From Bacteroidota bacterium (GTDB taxonomy: Bacteria; Bacteroidota; Bacteroidia; UKL13-3): a DNA stretch of 64,000 bases. The stretch is from NCBI GenBank assembly GCA_027488905.1, contig JAIYAT010000010.1, positions 21,061-85,060 of the forward strand, read 5' to 3'. Numbering within the stretch: the stretch's first letter is position 1; every line of letters starts with the position of its first letter. Of the stretch, positions 30,784-40,243 are shown piece by piece. Under the pieces are notes generated by a model. The model had not been told where the DNA came from and searched no databases. It saw only the letters and a list, made by a program, of their open reading frames with translations. The translations under genes were made by a program, and so were the position numbers.

Positions 30784-31488
30784 ATGAAAAAAGCACTATT
30801 TATCATTCTTTTTGTTTTGCCAAATATAGTTTTGAGCCAAAGCTTTATTTTTTGTCCAGAAATCCAAACCAAAGAAAAGGATGGATTTAAGGAAGTAGAA
30901 ATCTCTTTTGTATTTGAGGATGCAAGATTATACGATAAGAAAAAAAAGGAAAAATGCACTAAAGAGGAAATATTTGAAAAGTTTGTGGAATGTATTAAAC
31001 AAACCTACCCAAATATGAAGGTAAAAGTACTTGATAATAAGAAGTTTTATGAACCTCCAGCAAAAGGAGTTATTACAGTAAAAATAGAATTAACTAAATA
31101 TGATGCCACATTTAATACTGGAATGTATCGGTCAAATACTGTTTATAAAGTAAAGATGTTTGATTTAAGAAATAACAAAGAAAATATAATAGAGCAAGTT
31201 ATATCTGGGGAAGGCAAGCAATTTAATGCATTAGGGTTTACAAGCGCTAAAATAGCCTCTAATATAAGTTTTAGAGCAGCATTTGATAATTTTGAGGTTC
31301 TGTTTGATAAGTTTTCAAAAATGCTTAATGTTCAAATTGTTGAAGAAAACAAAGTTCAACCATCAATTGCTACACCAAAATCAAAGGCGGAGAGATTAAG
31401 GGAACTCAAGCAACTTTTGGAAGAAAAGATTCTTACGCAAGAGGAATTTGATCTTGAGAAGAAAAAAATCCTAGATGAAAAGGAATAG
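30784..31488 (+). CDS. Exported protein with C-terminal SHOCT domain
   Basis: AERLRELKQLLEEKILTQEEFDLEKKKIL. Confidence 0.8.
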   Translation: MKKALFIILFVLPNIVLSQSFIFCPEIQTKEKDGFKEVEISFVFEDARLYDKKKKEKCTKEEIFEKFVECIKQTYPNMKVKVLDNKKFYEPPAKGVITVKIELTKYDATFNTGMYRSNTVYKVKMFDLRNNKENIIEQVISGEGKQFNALGFTSAKIASNISFRAAFDNFEVLFDKFSKMLNVQIVEENKVQPSIATPKSKAERLRELKQLLEEKILTQEEFDLEKKKILDEKE

Positions 31489-31613
31489 GTTGTAGTACTT
31501 TTGGTTTAGTCATGCATTTAGATTTGTAAGCTAAGCAATTTAGTTGTGATTTGCTTTCAGATTTAGTTCTTTCTATAATTACAACATGAGAATCTGCTGA
31601 TGTTTTATGTTCA

Positions 31614-31945
31614 TCACTTTAACTTTTCAATTTTTTGTAATTCTTCTACATCCATTTTATCTTTTATTCTTTCATTAGAAATTTTTGATAATATTAAATG
31701 GTTTAGATGTAATACTGGAATTTTTAGACCATTTATTTCCCCTAATACTTTTTGTTGGTAAGCTTCTTCAAATGAAATCCCTGTTATTTTTGTTAAAAAA
31801 TCTACTCGTATTGGAACTTCTCCAAAACTAAAGGCCTATTAAACCCATGATAATTTACAGCATATCCACCGATAAGTAGATACTCGGCCTCAAAATCTTG
31901 AAGAATTTTTAACAATTCTATATGTGGCTCGTAGAAAATATTCAT
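31614..31945 (-). pseudogene. Nucleotidyltransferase (DUF6036/AbiEii-like) with internal deletion and frameshift
   Basis: MNIFYEPHIELLKILQDFEAEYLLIGGYAVNYHGFNR, then a frame change near 31835 to AFSFGEVPIRVDFLTKITGISFEEAY...RIKDKMDVEEL; the expected T.D.D catalytic segment is missing. Confidence 0.75.
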
Positions 31946-32202
31946 TAGTGAATTGTGATATTTCTTCCAAAATCTTTCAATAATTCAGTAGCTATTCCAA
32001 AAGCATTTAAGTTTAATTGATGCAGGTATTTCCATCTTTCTACCGGCTTTAAACTTAAAGAATAACTTCTGTTTTCTGCTTCTAAAGACTCAAATGAAGT
32101 AATGCGCAAAGAATTAGGATTATAGCTTTCCTTTGGCTGATATAGGCCATCTGGCTCATTTGCCATTTCAATAGAATCCAAATCAGCTTGATTTTCTAAC
32201 AT
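31945..32202 (-). CDS. Small protein coupled to the nucleotidyltransferase (antitoxin-like)
   Basis: 85-aa ORF; its TAA overlaps the ATG of the pseudogene (TAATG). Confidence 0.55.
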   Translation of the reverse strand: MLENQADLDSIEMANEPDGLYQPKESYNPNSLRITSFESLEAENRSYSLSLKPVERWKYLHQLNLNAFGIATELLKDFGRNITIH

Positions 32203-32367
32203 GCGATTTTGCTTTTTTACAATTTCCTAAAATGTCAACTCAAAGGTAAATATTTGAAGCTAAATCCCAATGATTTAAGTAAGGTAAAAAAGGTTTCATA
32301 TAAAAGTTTTAAAGCAGTTTCGGGTTGAACCAAGATGGAATGTAGGGCGTAAGATGTGTTTTTAAAA

Positions 32368-32435
32368 GCTCCATCGGAGCATCCTGTTTGTAGGAAATGA
32401 TTTGTGTTTAAACAAAGCTCCGTAGGAGCGTTCTG
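32368..32435. repeat. Pair of short REP-like palindromes
   Basis: GCTCCATCGGAGC (32368-32380) and GCTCCGTAGGAGC (32417-32429), 49 bp apart, each preceded by AAA and followed by nTnCTGTT. Confidence 0.55.
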
Positions 32436-32465
32436 TTGTTGAATAAAATAGATGTGCGTTCCAGA

Positions 32466-32505
32466 TTATTCCAATACCCTTATTGCCGCCAATCGTCTGT
32501 TAGGC
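32466..32505 (-). repeat. attC-like site 1 (truncated, family I)
   Basis: TTATTCCAATACCCTTATTGCCGCCAATCGTCT-GTTAGGC is the right arm of sites 4/8/10; left arm absent. Confidence 0.75.
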
Positions 32506-32515
32506 ACAGTACAGA

Positions 32516-32686
32516 CTATCCTGCAACAAATTTCTTGCGAGCGATTCTCGGCTTTCTTGTTATTTTACTTTCAGGTTTATTCTTCTTATTTCTTAAATAC
32601 TCGCTGATAGAAAACTCTTCCTCTTTTGTTAGTGGACTTAACCCTCCAATTACATCCACATCTAATAATTTTGTTTTAGCTTTCAT
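32516..32686 (-). CDS. Small 56-aa basic protein, putative antitoxin partner (cassette A)
   Basis: MKAKTKLLDVDVIGGLSPLTKEEEFSISEYLRNKKNKPESKITRKPRIARKKFVAG; starts 5 bp after the upstream stop. Confidence 0.6.
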   Translation of the reverse strand: MKAKTKLLDVDVIGGLSPLTKEEEFSISEYLRNKKNKPESKITRKPRIARKKFVAG

Positions 32687-32691
32687 TTTTA

Positions 32692-33219
32692 CTAATTTCT
32701 AAAATACTTATTCATTAATTTTAATGCTGAAATAGTTTCTATAATCATCAACCTGCCTCCAAAATGTTTTGCCCCTAATGTTTCCTCGTAGTGACTTATC
32801 AAAACTGTTTTGGATACAAATGATACATTTCCTTCATTTCCTCGTTGAAATGACAATTTGCATGCAAATGCTACTAAATTTCTTGCTACGCCGGCATACA
32901 TTTTATTCTTACCCTTATTAAATGGTGAATTCTCTACTAAATGCATGTATACATGGTCGCTTTTAACTTCTAAACTTATTAATCCTTGAACTATTCTTGG
33001 ATTGCCTTGTATGGTAAGTTTGTAAACTTCTCTTAAGGGATTTTTTTATTCTTCTTTCCAATCAAATAACCATTTTTCTCGTTTAGAAACTAACTTTAAT
33101 TCACTCTTTTCTAATATCAATACCTCCGTCGCGAAACTGTCTCCTGTTATTATATTCTCGATTGAATTAGTTAATTTATCTACCTCAAAGTCTAATCCGA
33201 TTCTTGACTCTTTTTTCAC
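32692..33219 (-). pseudogene. GNAT-like acetyltransferase (putative toxin) with in-frame stop (cassette A)
   Basis: GTG 33219 MKKESRIGLDFEVDKLTNSIEN...FDWKEE*KNPLREVYKL...HLVENSPFN...YAGVARNLVAFACKLSF; TAA at 33046-33048 in frame. Confidence 0.7.
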
Positions 33220-33280
33220 TCCACTAATTTACAAAGTTTTAGCTAAAACTCCAACTTTACTGCAATTCTTATTGTATTGT

Positions 33281-33412
33281 GCCTAACGGTTTGAAGATTT
33301 GCGAATTGGCGGATTTGGAACTTCAACCTGTCGACTTGCAACAAAGGTAAGATTGGAAACGGAACGTACAAGTACCTCTTCAACCCGCCATTTTGCAAAT
33401 GTGCTGTTAGGC
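33281..33412 (-). repeat. attC-like site 2
   Basis: GCCTAAC-9nt-ATTTGCGAATTGGCGG ... CCGCCATTTTGCAAAT-5nt-GTTAGGC. Confidence 0.85.
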
Positions 33413-33487
33413 ACAGTTTTTTGTCTTACTTCTTCAATTATTTTTCGTATTATTTATGTCTATTGAAGTTGAAATTAAGTAAAAAAG

Positions 33488-34261
33488 TCAACCTTTATAA
33501 TTCATCTTATTCCTTACGATGTCTATAAAGCCTTTAAATACTAACACAAAAGGATTATAACCAGCAAAACCTGAGGTCACTCCGTACTTCACCTTTTCTT
33601 TTTCAGATTCGTATGTACCAAAAATTTTATCCCAAATAATTAATGTTCCACCAAAGTTCTTGTCAATATAAATGTCGTTTGATCCGTGGTGTACTCGATG
33701 GTTGGATGGTGTGTCAATAATATTTTCTAAAAACCCCAACTTGCCTACCGCTTCGGTATGTAGGAAAAATTGATACAATAAATTAAAAGAATAGCATAGA
33801 ACTATAAAGTCAAGTGGCAGTCCCAAGAAAGCAAGTGGAATGTAAAACACAGGGCTTATCAAAGCACCCAACCAATTAAGTCTGTAAGAAACAGTGAGGT
33901 TATAAAATTGACTTGAATGATGTACCAAATGAAAAGCCCAAAAAAACTTTACCATATGAGAGCATCTGTGAAACCAATAGTAGCAAAAATCTACACCTAA
34001 AAAAGTAATTAAAAACATAAGTGTCGATTCTTCAAAGGTAAACAACCGAAACTGGTAAAAGAGACCAAAAATCCATAACTGATACCCTGCAAAAAGGAAT
34101 TTGGATAGTTGAAATCCTGCAAAAATACTAAGGTTGGCAAGGGTGTCTTTTACACCATAAGCCTTTTTATCTTTACGCCAACTCCAAATAATTTCGGCTG
34201 CAATTAAACCAAAAATAAAAAGGAGGGCGTACAACTTGTATTGTCCAAATTCAAATTCCAT
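33488..34261 (-). CDS. Sterol desaturase/fatty acid hydroxylase family protein (cassette B)
   Basis: His boxes YWFHRCSH, HLVHHS, FFLHTE, HRVHHG; NFGG.L.IWD. Confidence 0.92.
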   Translation of the reverse strand: MEFEFGQYKLYALLFIFGLIAAEIIWSWRKDKKAYGVKDTLANLSIFAGFQLSKFLFAGYQLWIFGLFYQFRLFTFEESTLMFLITFLGVDFCYYWFHRCSHMVKFFWAFHLVHHSSQFYNLTVSYRLNWLGALISPVFYIPLAFLGLPLDFIVLCYSFNLLYQFFLHTEAVGKLGFLENIIDTPSNHRVHHGSNDIYIDKNFGGTLIIWDKIFGTYESEKEKVKYGVTSGFAGYNPFVLVFKGFIDIVRNKMNYKG

Positions 34262-34290
34262 AAGATTACTTTGTTTAGATTATTTTTGCA

Positions 34291-34593
34291 TTAATTGGTT
34301 TTCGTCCAAACTATTTCTTTTTTCATCATTCCTTTTTTTACCACAAATCTGATTTTATTTCCTTCTAAATAGGCTTCACAATTTGCGGATGTGTTTTTCT
34401 TCGGATTGCTCAAAATACCTTGCCACTTGCCATCGGTAAATGTTAAATTATTGAGCACCAACACATCTTTTCCTTGTGGTTTTCCAATAAATGCTAAACC
34501 CGATTTGTTTATTTCAATTATGGCACCTTCGGCAGTTTTCCATTGACCCGTAAAATTGTCAGTAGATTTTTGTGCCATTGCAAATACAGTCAT
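34291..34593 (-). CDS. Small exported protein, DUF2147-like (cassette B); start region contains an A16 run
   Basis: FTGQWKT...GKWQG...P; upstream in-frame KKKKNISLLIALL looks like a signal peptide lacking its ATG. Confidence 0.6.
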   Translation of the reverse strand: MTVFAMAQKSTDNFTGQWKTAEGAIIEINKSGLAFIGKPQGKDVLVLNNLTFTDGKWQGILSNPKKNTSANCEAYLEGNKIRFVVKKGMMKKEIVWTKTN

Positions 34594-34714
34594 TAATAGA
34601 GCTATAAGAAGCGAAATATTTTTTTTTTTTTTTTAAAAATTACATAAATTAATGATGCAAATTTATACTCCCAAAGAGGATAAACTCATTAACAAAAGAT
34701 AATAAAGGTTATGA

Positions 34715-35260
34715 TTAATATTTTTTCTTTGAAATACGTTGTCTAATCCTACTCAAAGAAACAGGTGTAATGCCTAACACATTAGCAATGTACTTGTCGG
34801 GTACACGGTTAATCATATTTGGGTAATCTTTAAGATATTGTTGGTATCTCTTTTCAGGGGAGAGAAAAACAAAGGAATCAATTCTTTGAAAAGCTTGTTT
34901 CAAAATTTGTCGACCAAAAATCCTGCTGTCCATTTTTTGAAAGTCTAAATTGTCAGAACTTAAATCTTGAAAAGTTTTTACATCTGTAAAGTACACTTTT
35001 GTTTTCTCCAAAGTTTCAAAGGTAAACTTGGAAGGTTCATCAAATAAAATGGTATGAACATTTCCAAATAGTTGCTTCTCGGCAAACAACTGAAAAGTAA
35101 TTTCCTCACCTTTGTCATTTATCAAAAAACTACGAACCAACCCTTTTCGGATATAGAAGACATTATTTGTTTTATCGCCTTCTTTTATTATACTCTCTCC
35201 TTTATCAAATGTTTTTGAGTTAAGATTTCGTAATAATTTAAAAAGGAATTTTATGTTCAT
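34715..35260 (-). CDS. Crp/Fnr family transcriptional regulator (cassette B)
   Basis: KGLVRSF..NDKGEEIT, SPEKRY, IANVLGITPVSLSRIR; start ATG 35260 (the longer ORF runs into site 3). Confidence 0.92.
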   Translation of the reverse strand: MNIKFLFKLLRNLNSKTFDKGESIIKEGDKTNNVFYIRKGLVRSFLINDKGEEITFQLFAEKQLFGNVHTILFDEPSKFTFETLEKTKVYFTDVKTFQDLSSDNLDFQKMDSRIFGRQILKQAFQRIDSFVFLSPEKRYQQYLKDYPNMINRVPDKYIANVLGITPVSLSRIRQRISKKKY

Positions 35261-35289
35261 TCGTTTTTTTGTTTCTGCGGTAAAATTGT

Positions 35290-35422
35290 GCCTAACGTTT
35301 TGCGGCTTGGCGTAGTGGCGGATTTTTAGCACTAATGCTCATACGAAGAACTGCACTTGAACCTACCACAAAACTGTCATACGAGGCACAGAACTCGCCA
35401 TTACGCCAAACCGCTGTTAGCC
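35290..35422 (-). repeat. attC-like site 3 (family II)
   Basis: GCCTAAC-9nt-CTTGGCGTAGTGGCG ... CGCCATTACGCCAAA-5nt-GTTAGCC. Confidence 0.88.
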
Positions 35423-35431
35423 ACAGTTATT

Positions 35432-36349
35432 CTAATTCAAATTTCGGAATTCTGTCGGACTTAATCCTACTTTTTTCCTAAACAAACTACTGAAGTAGTG
35501 TGAGTGTTCAAAGCCCAAGGAATAGGCAATTTCTTTTATAGAGTCATCACTACCTAGCAATCGGTCTTTGGCAATTTCCAGAAGGTGAAAGTGAATATGT
35601 TCTTGAGTGGTTTTTCCTGTTTCTTTACGAAGTAAATCACTTAAATAATTGGGGGAAAGATTAACTTGATCCGCACATTGTAATGCTGTCGGAAGCCCTT
35701 TTTCGGGAAGGTTAGCTGAATCAAAGTAGTTTTTTAAATAAGTATTGATAGTATCAATCACCGAATTATTTTCATTTGCTCTGGTAATAAATTGTCGGTC
35801 ATAAAAACGATTACAGTGATTCAATAAATATTCTATTGCGGATATCAATACGTTCTTGGTGTGCTTGTCGATGGGTCGATTGAGTTCAGTTTCTATTGTA
35901 TTGATGATTGACGAAAGGCACACTTTTTCATCTTCGGACAAATGCAATGCTTCGTTCGTGGTGTATTTAAAGAATGAGTATTCAGTAATTTTGTTAAACA
36001 GAGGAGTACCATAAATCAAATCGGGATGAAAGTATAGACCCCAATTATACCTACACTCTTCGAAAACAGGATTTTGAATGGTACTTACTTGTTCAGGTAA
36101 AGAAAAGAACAAGCTACCTTCCTGAAAATCTATTTGCTTTCTGCCATATTGCAAGCTTCCTGACTTCAGATGTTTTAATGTAATTACATAAAACGATGAA
36201 GCCACTTGTAAACCAGTGTGTTGAGATTCCTTCTGATGGTTATCTAATTTTGAAAAATCAATGACACTCACCAAAGGATGCTTCGGTGGGGGGATTTGAA
36301 ACATGTTATGCAACATGCTAATACTTTCGATCCTGATAATATCCTTCAT
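35432..36349 (-). CDS. AraC family transcriptional regulator (cassette C)
   Basis: HPLVSVID, YGR...DFQEG, LSPNYLSDLLRKETG, IAYSLGFE..HYFS.LFRKKVG.SP..FR. Confidence 0.93.
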   Translation of the reverse strand: MKDIIRIESISMLHNMFQIPPPKHPLVSVIDFSKLDNHQKESQHTGLQVASSFYVITLKHLKSGSLQYGRKQIDFQEGSLFFSLPEQVSTIQNPVFEECRYNWGLYFHPDLIYGTPLFNKITEYSFFKYTTNEALHLSEDEKVCLSSIINTIETELNRPIDKHTKNVLISAIEYLLNHCNRFYDRQFITRANENNSVIDTINTYLKNYFDSANLPEKGLPTALQCADQVNLSPNYLSDLLRKETGKTTQEHIHFHLLEIAKDRLLGSDDSIKEIAYSLGFEHSHYFSSLFRKKVGLSPTEFRNLN

Positions 36350-36352
36350 TGT

Positions 36353-36838
36353 TTATAAGTTGGATAGTTTTTCAAAATAAGTGTCTATTGATTTTTTTGA
36401 AACGCTTTCAATAATCAGGTTTCCAACCGAAAATATGACCAATGAAAACAGTATTCCTTTTACCAATTCTTTATCAATAAAGAGATTTATAAGCAATGAA
36501 ACAATGATTAATATAACAAGCACAATTTGAATTTTAGGGTGGTTATTTACCACCTTTGCCATTCGTTCCTTTTCTTTTTGATGAAACGTTGCCGAACTTT
36601 CCTTGTATAACAAGGTTTGATTTTTTAGTAATTTTTCTTCTGTCATTTTATACCCAATGCCACTAACAGATGAGAATAATCCAAATATAATCAAACCAAT
36701 TTTCAATCCAATTAATACTGCATTCGACCCGGAAAAATGAATCAGGACAGCCAAAAGTAGCATTATAAAACCCAAAGCCAACATATAGTTGGCAATTGTT
36801 TTTTGGGCGTTAATGTATATTTCCAATTGTTCAAGCAT
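36353..36838 (-). CDS. Hypothetical 4-TM membrane protein (cassette C)
   Basis: 161-aa ORF with four hydrophobic segments. Confidence 0.7.
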   Translation of the reverse strand: MLEQLEIYINAQKTIANYMLALGFIMLLLAVLIHFSGSNAVLIGLKIGLIIFGLFSSVSGIGYKMTEEKLLKNQTLLYKESSATFHQKEKERMAKVVNNHPKIQIVLVILIIVSLLINLFIDKELVKGILFSLVIFSVGNLIIESVSKKSIDTYFEKLSNL

Positions 36839-36876
36839 AATTTATTTTTTTAATTTTCGAAGACTGCTGTCCATTC

Positions 36877-37707
36877 TTATTTTATGGATGCGCCCGGCAA
36901 AATTTGGTCTATCAAACCATAACCAAACCATCTTTTCATAAACTTACCCAATTTGCCATCAGCGTTAGGTGCGTATCTTCTTTTTGGAGAACCGCTCTTA
37001 GCTGCATGTAATACGGCTTTTGCAATCGTGTCAGACGAAGCTCCATTTTGGCAACCTTTACTCCAATTTTTCCTGAAATTTTTCATCTGCTCCTTATACG
37101 GTCCGGCATTGGGGTGTTTTTCACACTTATCCAAGTAGGGCAAACTGGCAGTGGGAATATCAGTATTGATGTAGCCCGGCTCGATGAGTGACACTTTAAT
37201 ACCAAATTCTTTGACTTCCATACGTAATCCATCCCCGACACCCTGCTGTGCATGCTTGGTAGCGGGATACCATGCCATACCGGGAGAGCCCATATGCCCC
37301 GCAACTGAGGAAGTAATGATGATTCTACCCGATTTTTGTTTTCTCATGTGGGGTAGCACAGCGGTAAATGCCCGGGCATTGCCTAACACATTGACATCAA
37401 ATTGGTATCTGACATCTTCAATGCTTTGCAACTCTACCGGACCCAAGAGGCAAAACCCGGCATTGGCGAAAAGCACATCGATTCTACCATCATCCTTGAT
37501 AATGGTATCAACTACCTTCTGAATGTCTTCATCCTTTGTTACATCACAAGGCATAACTACTGCTCCCAACACTTCTAAATCTTTCATTAAATGAGTTCTT
37601 CTTGCGGTGGCATATACCTTGAAACCGTTTGCTAATAACATCTTTGCAGATGCGTGACCAATACCGGTTGAAGCTCCAGTAATAAATGCGATTTTTTTAT
37701 TTTCCAT
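36877..37707 (-). CDS. SDR family oxidoreductase (cassette C)
   Basis: TGASTGIG, NAG, YPATK (YxxxK), IEPG. Confidence 0.95.
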   Translation of the reverse strand: MENKKIAFITGASTGIGHASAKMLLANGFKVYATARRTHLMKDLEVLGAVVMPCDVTKDEDIQKVVDTIIKDDGRIDVLFANAGFCLLGPVELQSIEDVRYQFDVNVLGNARAFTAVLPHMRKQKSGRIIITSSVAGHMGSPGMAWYPATKHAQQGVGDGLRMEVKEFGIKVSLIEPGYINTDIPTASLPYLDKCEKHPNAGPYKEQMKNFRKNWSKGCQNGASSDTIAKAVLHAAKSGSPKRRYAPNADGKLGKFMKRWFGYGLIDQILPGASIK

Positions 37708-37739
37708 TATCTTATCTTTTTTGACGTTTAATAATGGTG

Positions 37740-37747
37740 CAAATTTA
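37740..37747 (-). promoter_or_regulatory. Bacteroidota -7 promoter box for the SDR operon
   Basis: TAAATTTG (TAnnTTTG) on the minus strand, 32 bp upstream of the ATG. Confidence 0.55.
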
Positions 37748-37850
37748 AAATGTCAACCTGTATTACAGATTACACAAATCTCGGATAAGCATTCATTTTT
37801 CTTAGATTGTCTAATAGAGTCTGGTTATTGCGGGTCGCTTTCATAATTGT

Positions 37851-37991
37851 GGCTAACGTTTCGGCGCTTGGCGCAGTAAGGGAATGGTTAGCACAAATTT
37901 TGCCAAGGCACTTTACTCCAAAAATAAACTTTTCTGCCTTTTCTTTTTCCTTTTATTCTAATGCCCTTATTTCGCCAAACGCATTTTATAA
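37851..37991 (-). repeat. attC-like site 4 (family I; right core GTT>TTT)
   Basis: GGCTAAC-9nt-CTTGGCGCAGTAAGGG ... CCCTTATTTCGCCAAA-5nt-TTTATAA. Confidence 0.85.
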
Positions 37992-38019
37992 GCCGTTTTT
38001 CTTTTCCTTAAAACAGGTG

Positions 38020-38538
38020 TTAATCAATTTTTTTCAAGCTGTCATTTCCATAATAGTTTTTCTCCCACTCAGAAATATCAACTTTTTCAATTTCTTTTTG
38101 CCTTTTTTTTTCATAATCATTTGCATTAATAACCCCAAATAGAATCCAAAATGTCGTCCCGCCTAAAAGCAAAAAAAGTCGTTGATTAAATTTCTTTTGA
38201 TAGTTCTCCTTTTTAAGTTCACTTAATGAAAGACCAACTGTCCACTGTCTTGCTAGAATAAATGGAGCCATAAGAAAAATATAAATCATTTTTTCTATTG
38301 TATAGCTTTCGGTCTCGTTTTGTTCTAATTTTTTTTGATAAGCTAATTCTAATTTTTCAGCTTTCTTTTTCCATCTGTCTAAAGTCTTATCTTGGTCGTA
38401 TCGGGTAACTTTCCGTTTGTTTAGTTCGTCCTTTGCTTGGTCTATTGCGTCTTGTTGCCAATCATCAATTGTTCCATTTGCAATTGCAATTAGTTCTTCA
38501 GTGTCACGCCTTGAAATTGGTGGATTAAACTCTATCAC
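38020..38538 (-). CDS. Hypothetical membrane protein (cassette D)
   Basis: 172-aa ORF filling the inter-site interval. Confidence 0.7.
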   Translation of the reverse strand: MIEFNPPISRRDTEELIAIANGTIDDWQQDAIDQAKDELNKRKVTRYDQDKTLDRWKKKAEKLELAYQKKLEQNETESYTIEKMIYIFLMAPFILARQWTVGLSLSELKKENYQKKFNQRLFLLLGGTTFWILFGVINANDYEKKRQKEIEKVDISEWEKNYYGNDSLKKID

Positions 38539-38559
38539 TATGGTATCTTTTAAAATAGC

Positions 38560-38690
38560 TTAAAACGTTTGCCAGCTACGAGAAGTTGGAGCCTGTCAGC
38601 ACAAATATAGTTGCCCAGAACCAATTTCAATTAACCACAAATGTGTCAGCGTAGCGCTGAACCGCCAATTTGTTGTTGGTGCTGTTTTAG
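38560..38690 (-). repeat. attC-like site 5 (family II, decayed)
   Basis: AAC-9nt-CTACGAGAAGTTGG ... CCAATTTGTTGTTG-5nt-GTT; shares ATTAACCACAAATGTGTC..CTGAACCGCCA with site 11. Confidence 0.8.
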
Positions 38691-38725
38691 GCTGTTATTT
38701 TTCATGAAATCATTTGGTCATGTTA

Positions 38726-39238
38726 CTAAATATAATGTACCGATATTCCTTTTGCACTAGATAATTGTCTTAAAATTGTATAAAGTTTATTTTTCTCAAA
38801 ATCGTTGTGGAGATAGATATTCATTTGGTAAGTTTCATTTTTAGAATCGATTATTGAAATCACATTCTTTCTGCCGCTATTAAAAGCACCTAGAACTATT
38901 AGAGTGGAGTTGTTTTCACCAAAGCAACCATCAAAGTGAAAGATTATTTGTTTTGGTTTTATTGTTTTTTTTATATGTGTTAATGTTTCAATTTCAATTT
39001 CATCACTATAAAGATTAATCTGTCCAGTTTTATGTTTGTCCTGAAAAAAAAATCTTAAGAATTTAAGTAATATTATGATAACGAATGTAAATGGACCTAA
39101 AACATAAAAATATTTTTCAACCAAATTTAAATGAAATGATAATAAAATTAGTCCAATACTAAAAAAGCCGATACTAAAAGACCAAATGTTATACTTTATG
39201 TCCTTAGGATTTACGATGTCAAATGTTGCTTTATACAT
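38726..39238 (-). CDS. Hypothetical membrane protein (cassette E)
   Basis: 170-aa ORF with two TM helices; the ATG lies within the cassette's terminal 15-bp repeat. Confidence 0.7.
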   Translation of the reverse strand: MYKATFDIVNPKDIKYNIWSFSIGFFSIGLILLSFHLNLVEKYFYVLGPFTFVIIILLKFLRFFFQDKHKTGQINLYSDEIEIETLTHIKKTIKPKQIIFHFDGCFGENNSTLIVLGAFNSGRKNVISIIDSKNETYQMNIYLHNDFEKNKLYTILRQLSSAKGISVHYI

Positions 39239-39244
39239 AATAGC

Positions 39245-39386
39245 CTATAACGTTTATACGCTTGGCGCAGTAAAGGAATCGTTGGCTCTTTTTCTCCTCA
39301 ATATGTTACTCCAAAAATAAACTTTTCTGCCGTTTCTTTTCCCTTAAAATCCTCAAGCCGTTATTGCATCCAAACGCGTGTTAGCG
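39245..39386 (-). repeat. attC-like site 6 (family I)
   Basis: TATAAC-9nt-CTTGGCGCAGTAAAGG ... CCGTTATTGCATCCAAA-5nt-GTTAGCG. Confidence 0.85.
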
Positions 39387-39407
39387 GCTGCTCCTTTTGC
39401 TCAGTGG

Positions 39408-40058
39408 CTATAAGTACATTTTCAAATTTTCGTTTTCATCTGTCTGATACAATTCATTAAGTAATACTTTCATCTGGTCATTATTTTTGAAGTTGTTGCC
39501 TGTAAATTGTTTAATTCTATTTATTACTTCTTCTGAATCCCATGATGCAATATTACTAGCAAATCTTACTACCATCCCATTGCAGCGCATATCAATTGTT
39601 CCACCCTCGGTGACGTATTGAAGTTGTTGTTCTGTAACCCCCAAACCTGTAATGTCAACAGTTCCGTTATCTAAGGGGTGTTTTGTGTAATTATTTTGAC
39701 TGGCAATTTCTAAACTCGAGACTTCGGATATTGAGAATGATTTTGTCTTAATTGATCCAAATTGTTTGTTAATAATAGTAATCTGGTCTTTCGATATTTC
39801 AAGTGATTCCCTATTCAATACTTTCTTTAGATATTCTCTACCAGCAAGTACATATACCACGCATAATGCAATAATTATTATGGCAGCAATGGGAATGTCT
39901 GCAATTAACCTTATTGTAACACTAGTAAGAAATAGTGCGGTAGCGATTAATAATACTCCTTGGAAAATTAGACCAAACTTTATGATTGGACTTACTGATG
40001 GATAAATCTCTATTTTTAGTTTGTCTTTACTTTCAGTAAACTTTAGGGTTTCTTTCAT
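39408..40058 (-). CDS. Hypothetical membrane protein (cassette F)
   Basis: Two TM helices plus a soluble domain; start ATG 40058 or 40079 (the longer ORF runs into site 7). Confidence 0.7.
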   Translation of the reverse strand: MKETLKFTESKDKLKIEIYPSVSPIIKFGLIFQGVLLIATALFLTSVTIRLIADIPIAAIIIIALCVVYVLAGREYLKKVLNRESLEISKDQITIINKQFGSIKTKSFSISEVSSLEIASQNNYTKHPLDNGTVDITGLGVTEQQLQYVTEGGTIDMRCNGMVVRFASNIASWDSEEVINRIKQFTGNNFKNNDQMKVLLNELYQTDENENLKMYL

Positions 40059-40104
40059 TTTTGATTTAGTAGTGGGCATAAACAATGGTTGCACATGGAG
40101 TTGC

Positions 40105-40232
40105 AGATATCGTTTGACAGCTAATCGCAGATGGCCCAATTGCGGACCATTCTTCGTGATAGCAGCTTATCAAATATAGAAAAATTTCGCCTAAGAACAA
40201 CTAGGGCCATTTGTATTTAGGTGATGTTATGC
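40105..40232 (-). repeat. attC-like site 7 (family III; left core AAC>ATC)
   Basis: ATC-9nt-CTAATCGCAGATGGCCC ... GGGCCATTTGTATTTAG-5nt-GTTATGC; near copy of site 9. Confidence 0.82.
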
Positions 40233-40243
40233 CTAGTTAATTT

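Noticed and set aside
33046..33048. Stop-codon reassignment or programmed readthrough
   Set aside because: TAA terminates many normal genes in the window, so a single nonsense mutation is simpler.
37807..38142. Plus-strand ORF (also 40904-41104, 43140-43340, 32436-32702)
   Set aside because: Shadow ORFs reading through att repeats; their shared peptide HFTPKINFSA simply reflects the DNA repeat.
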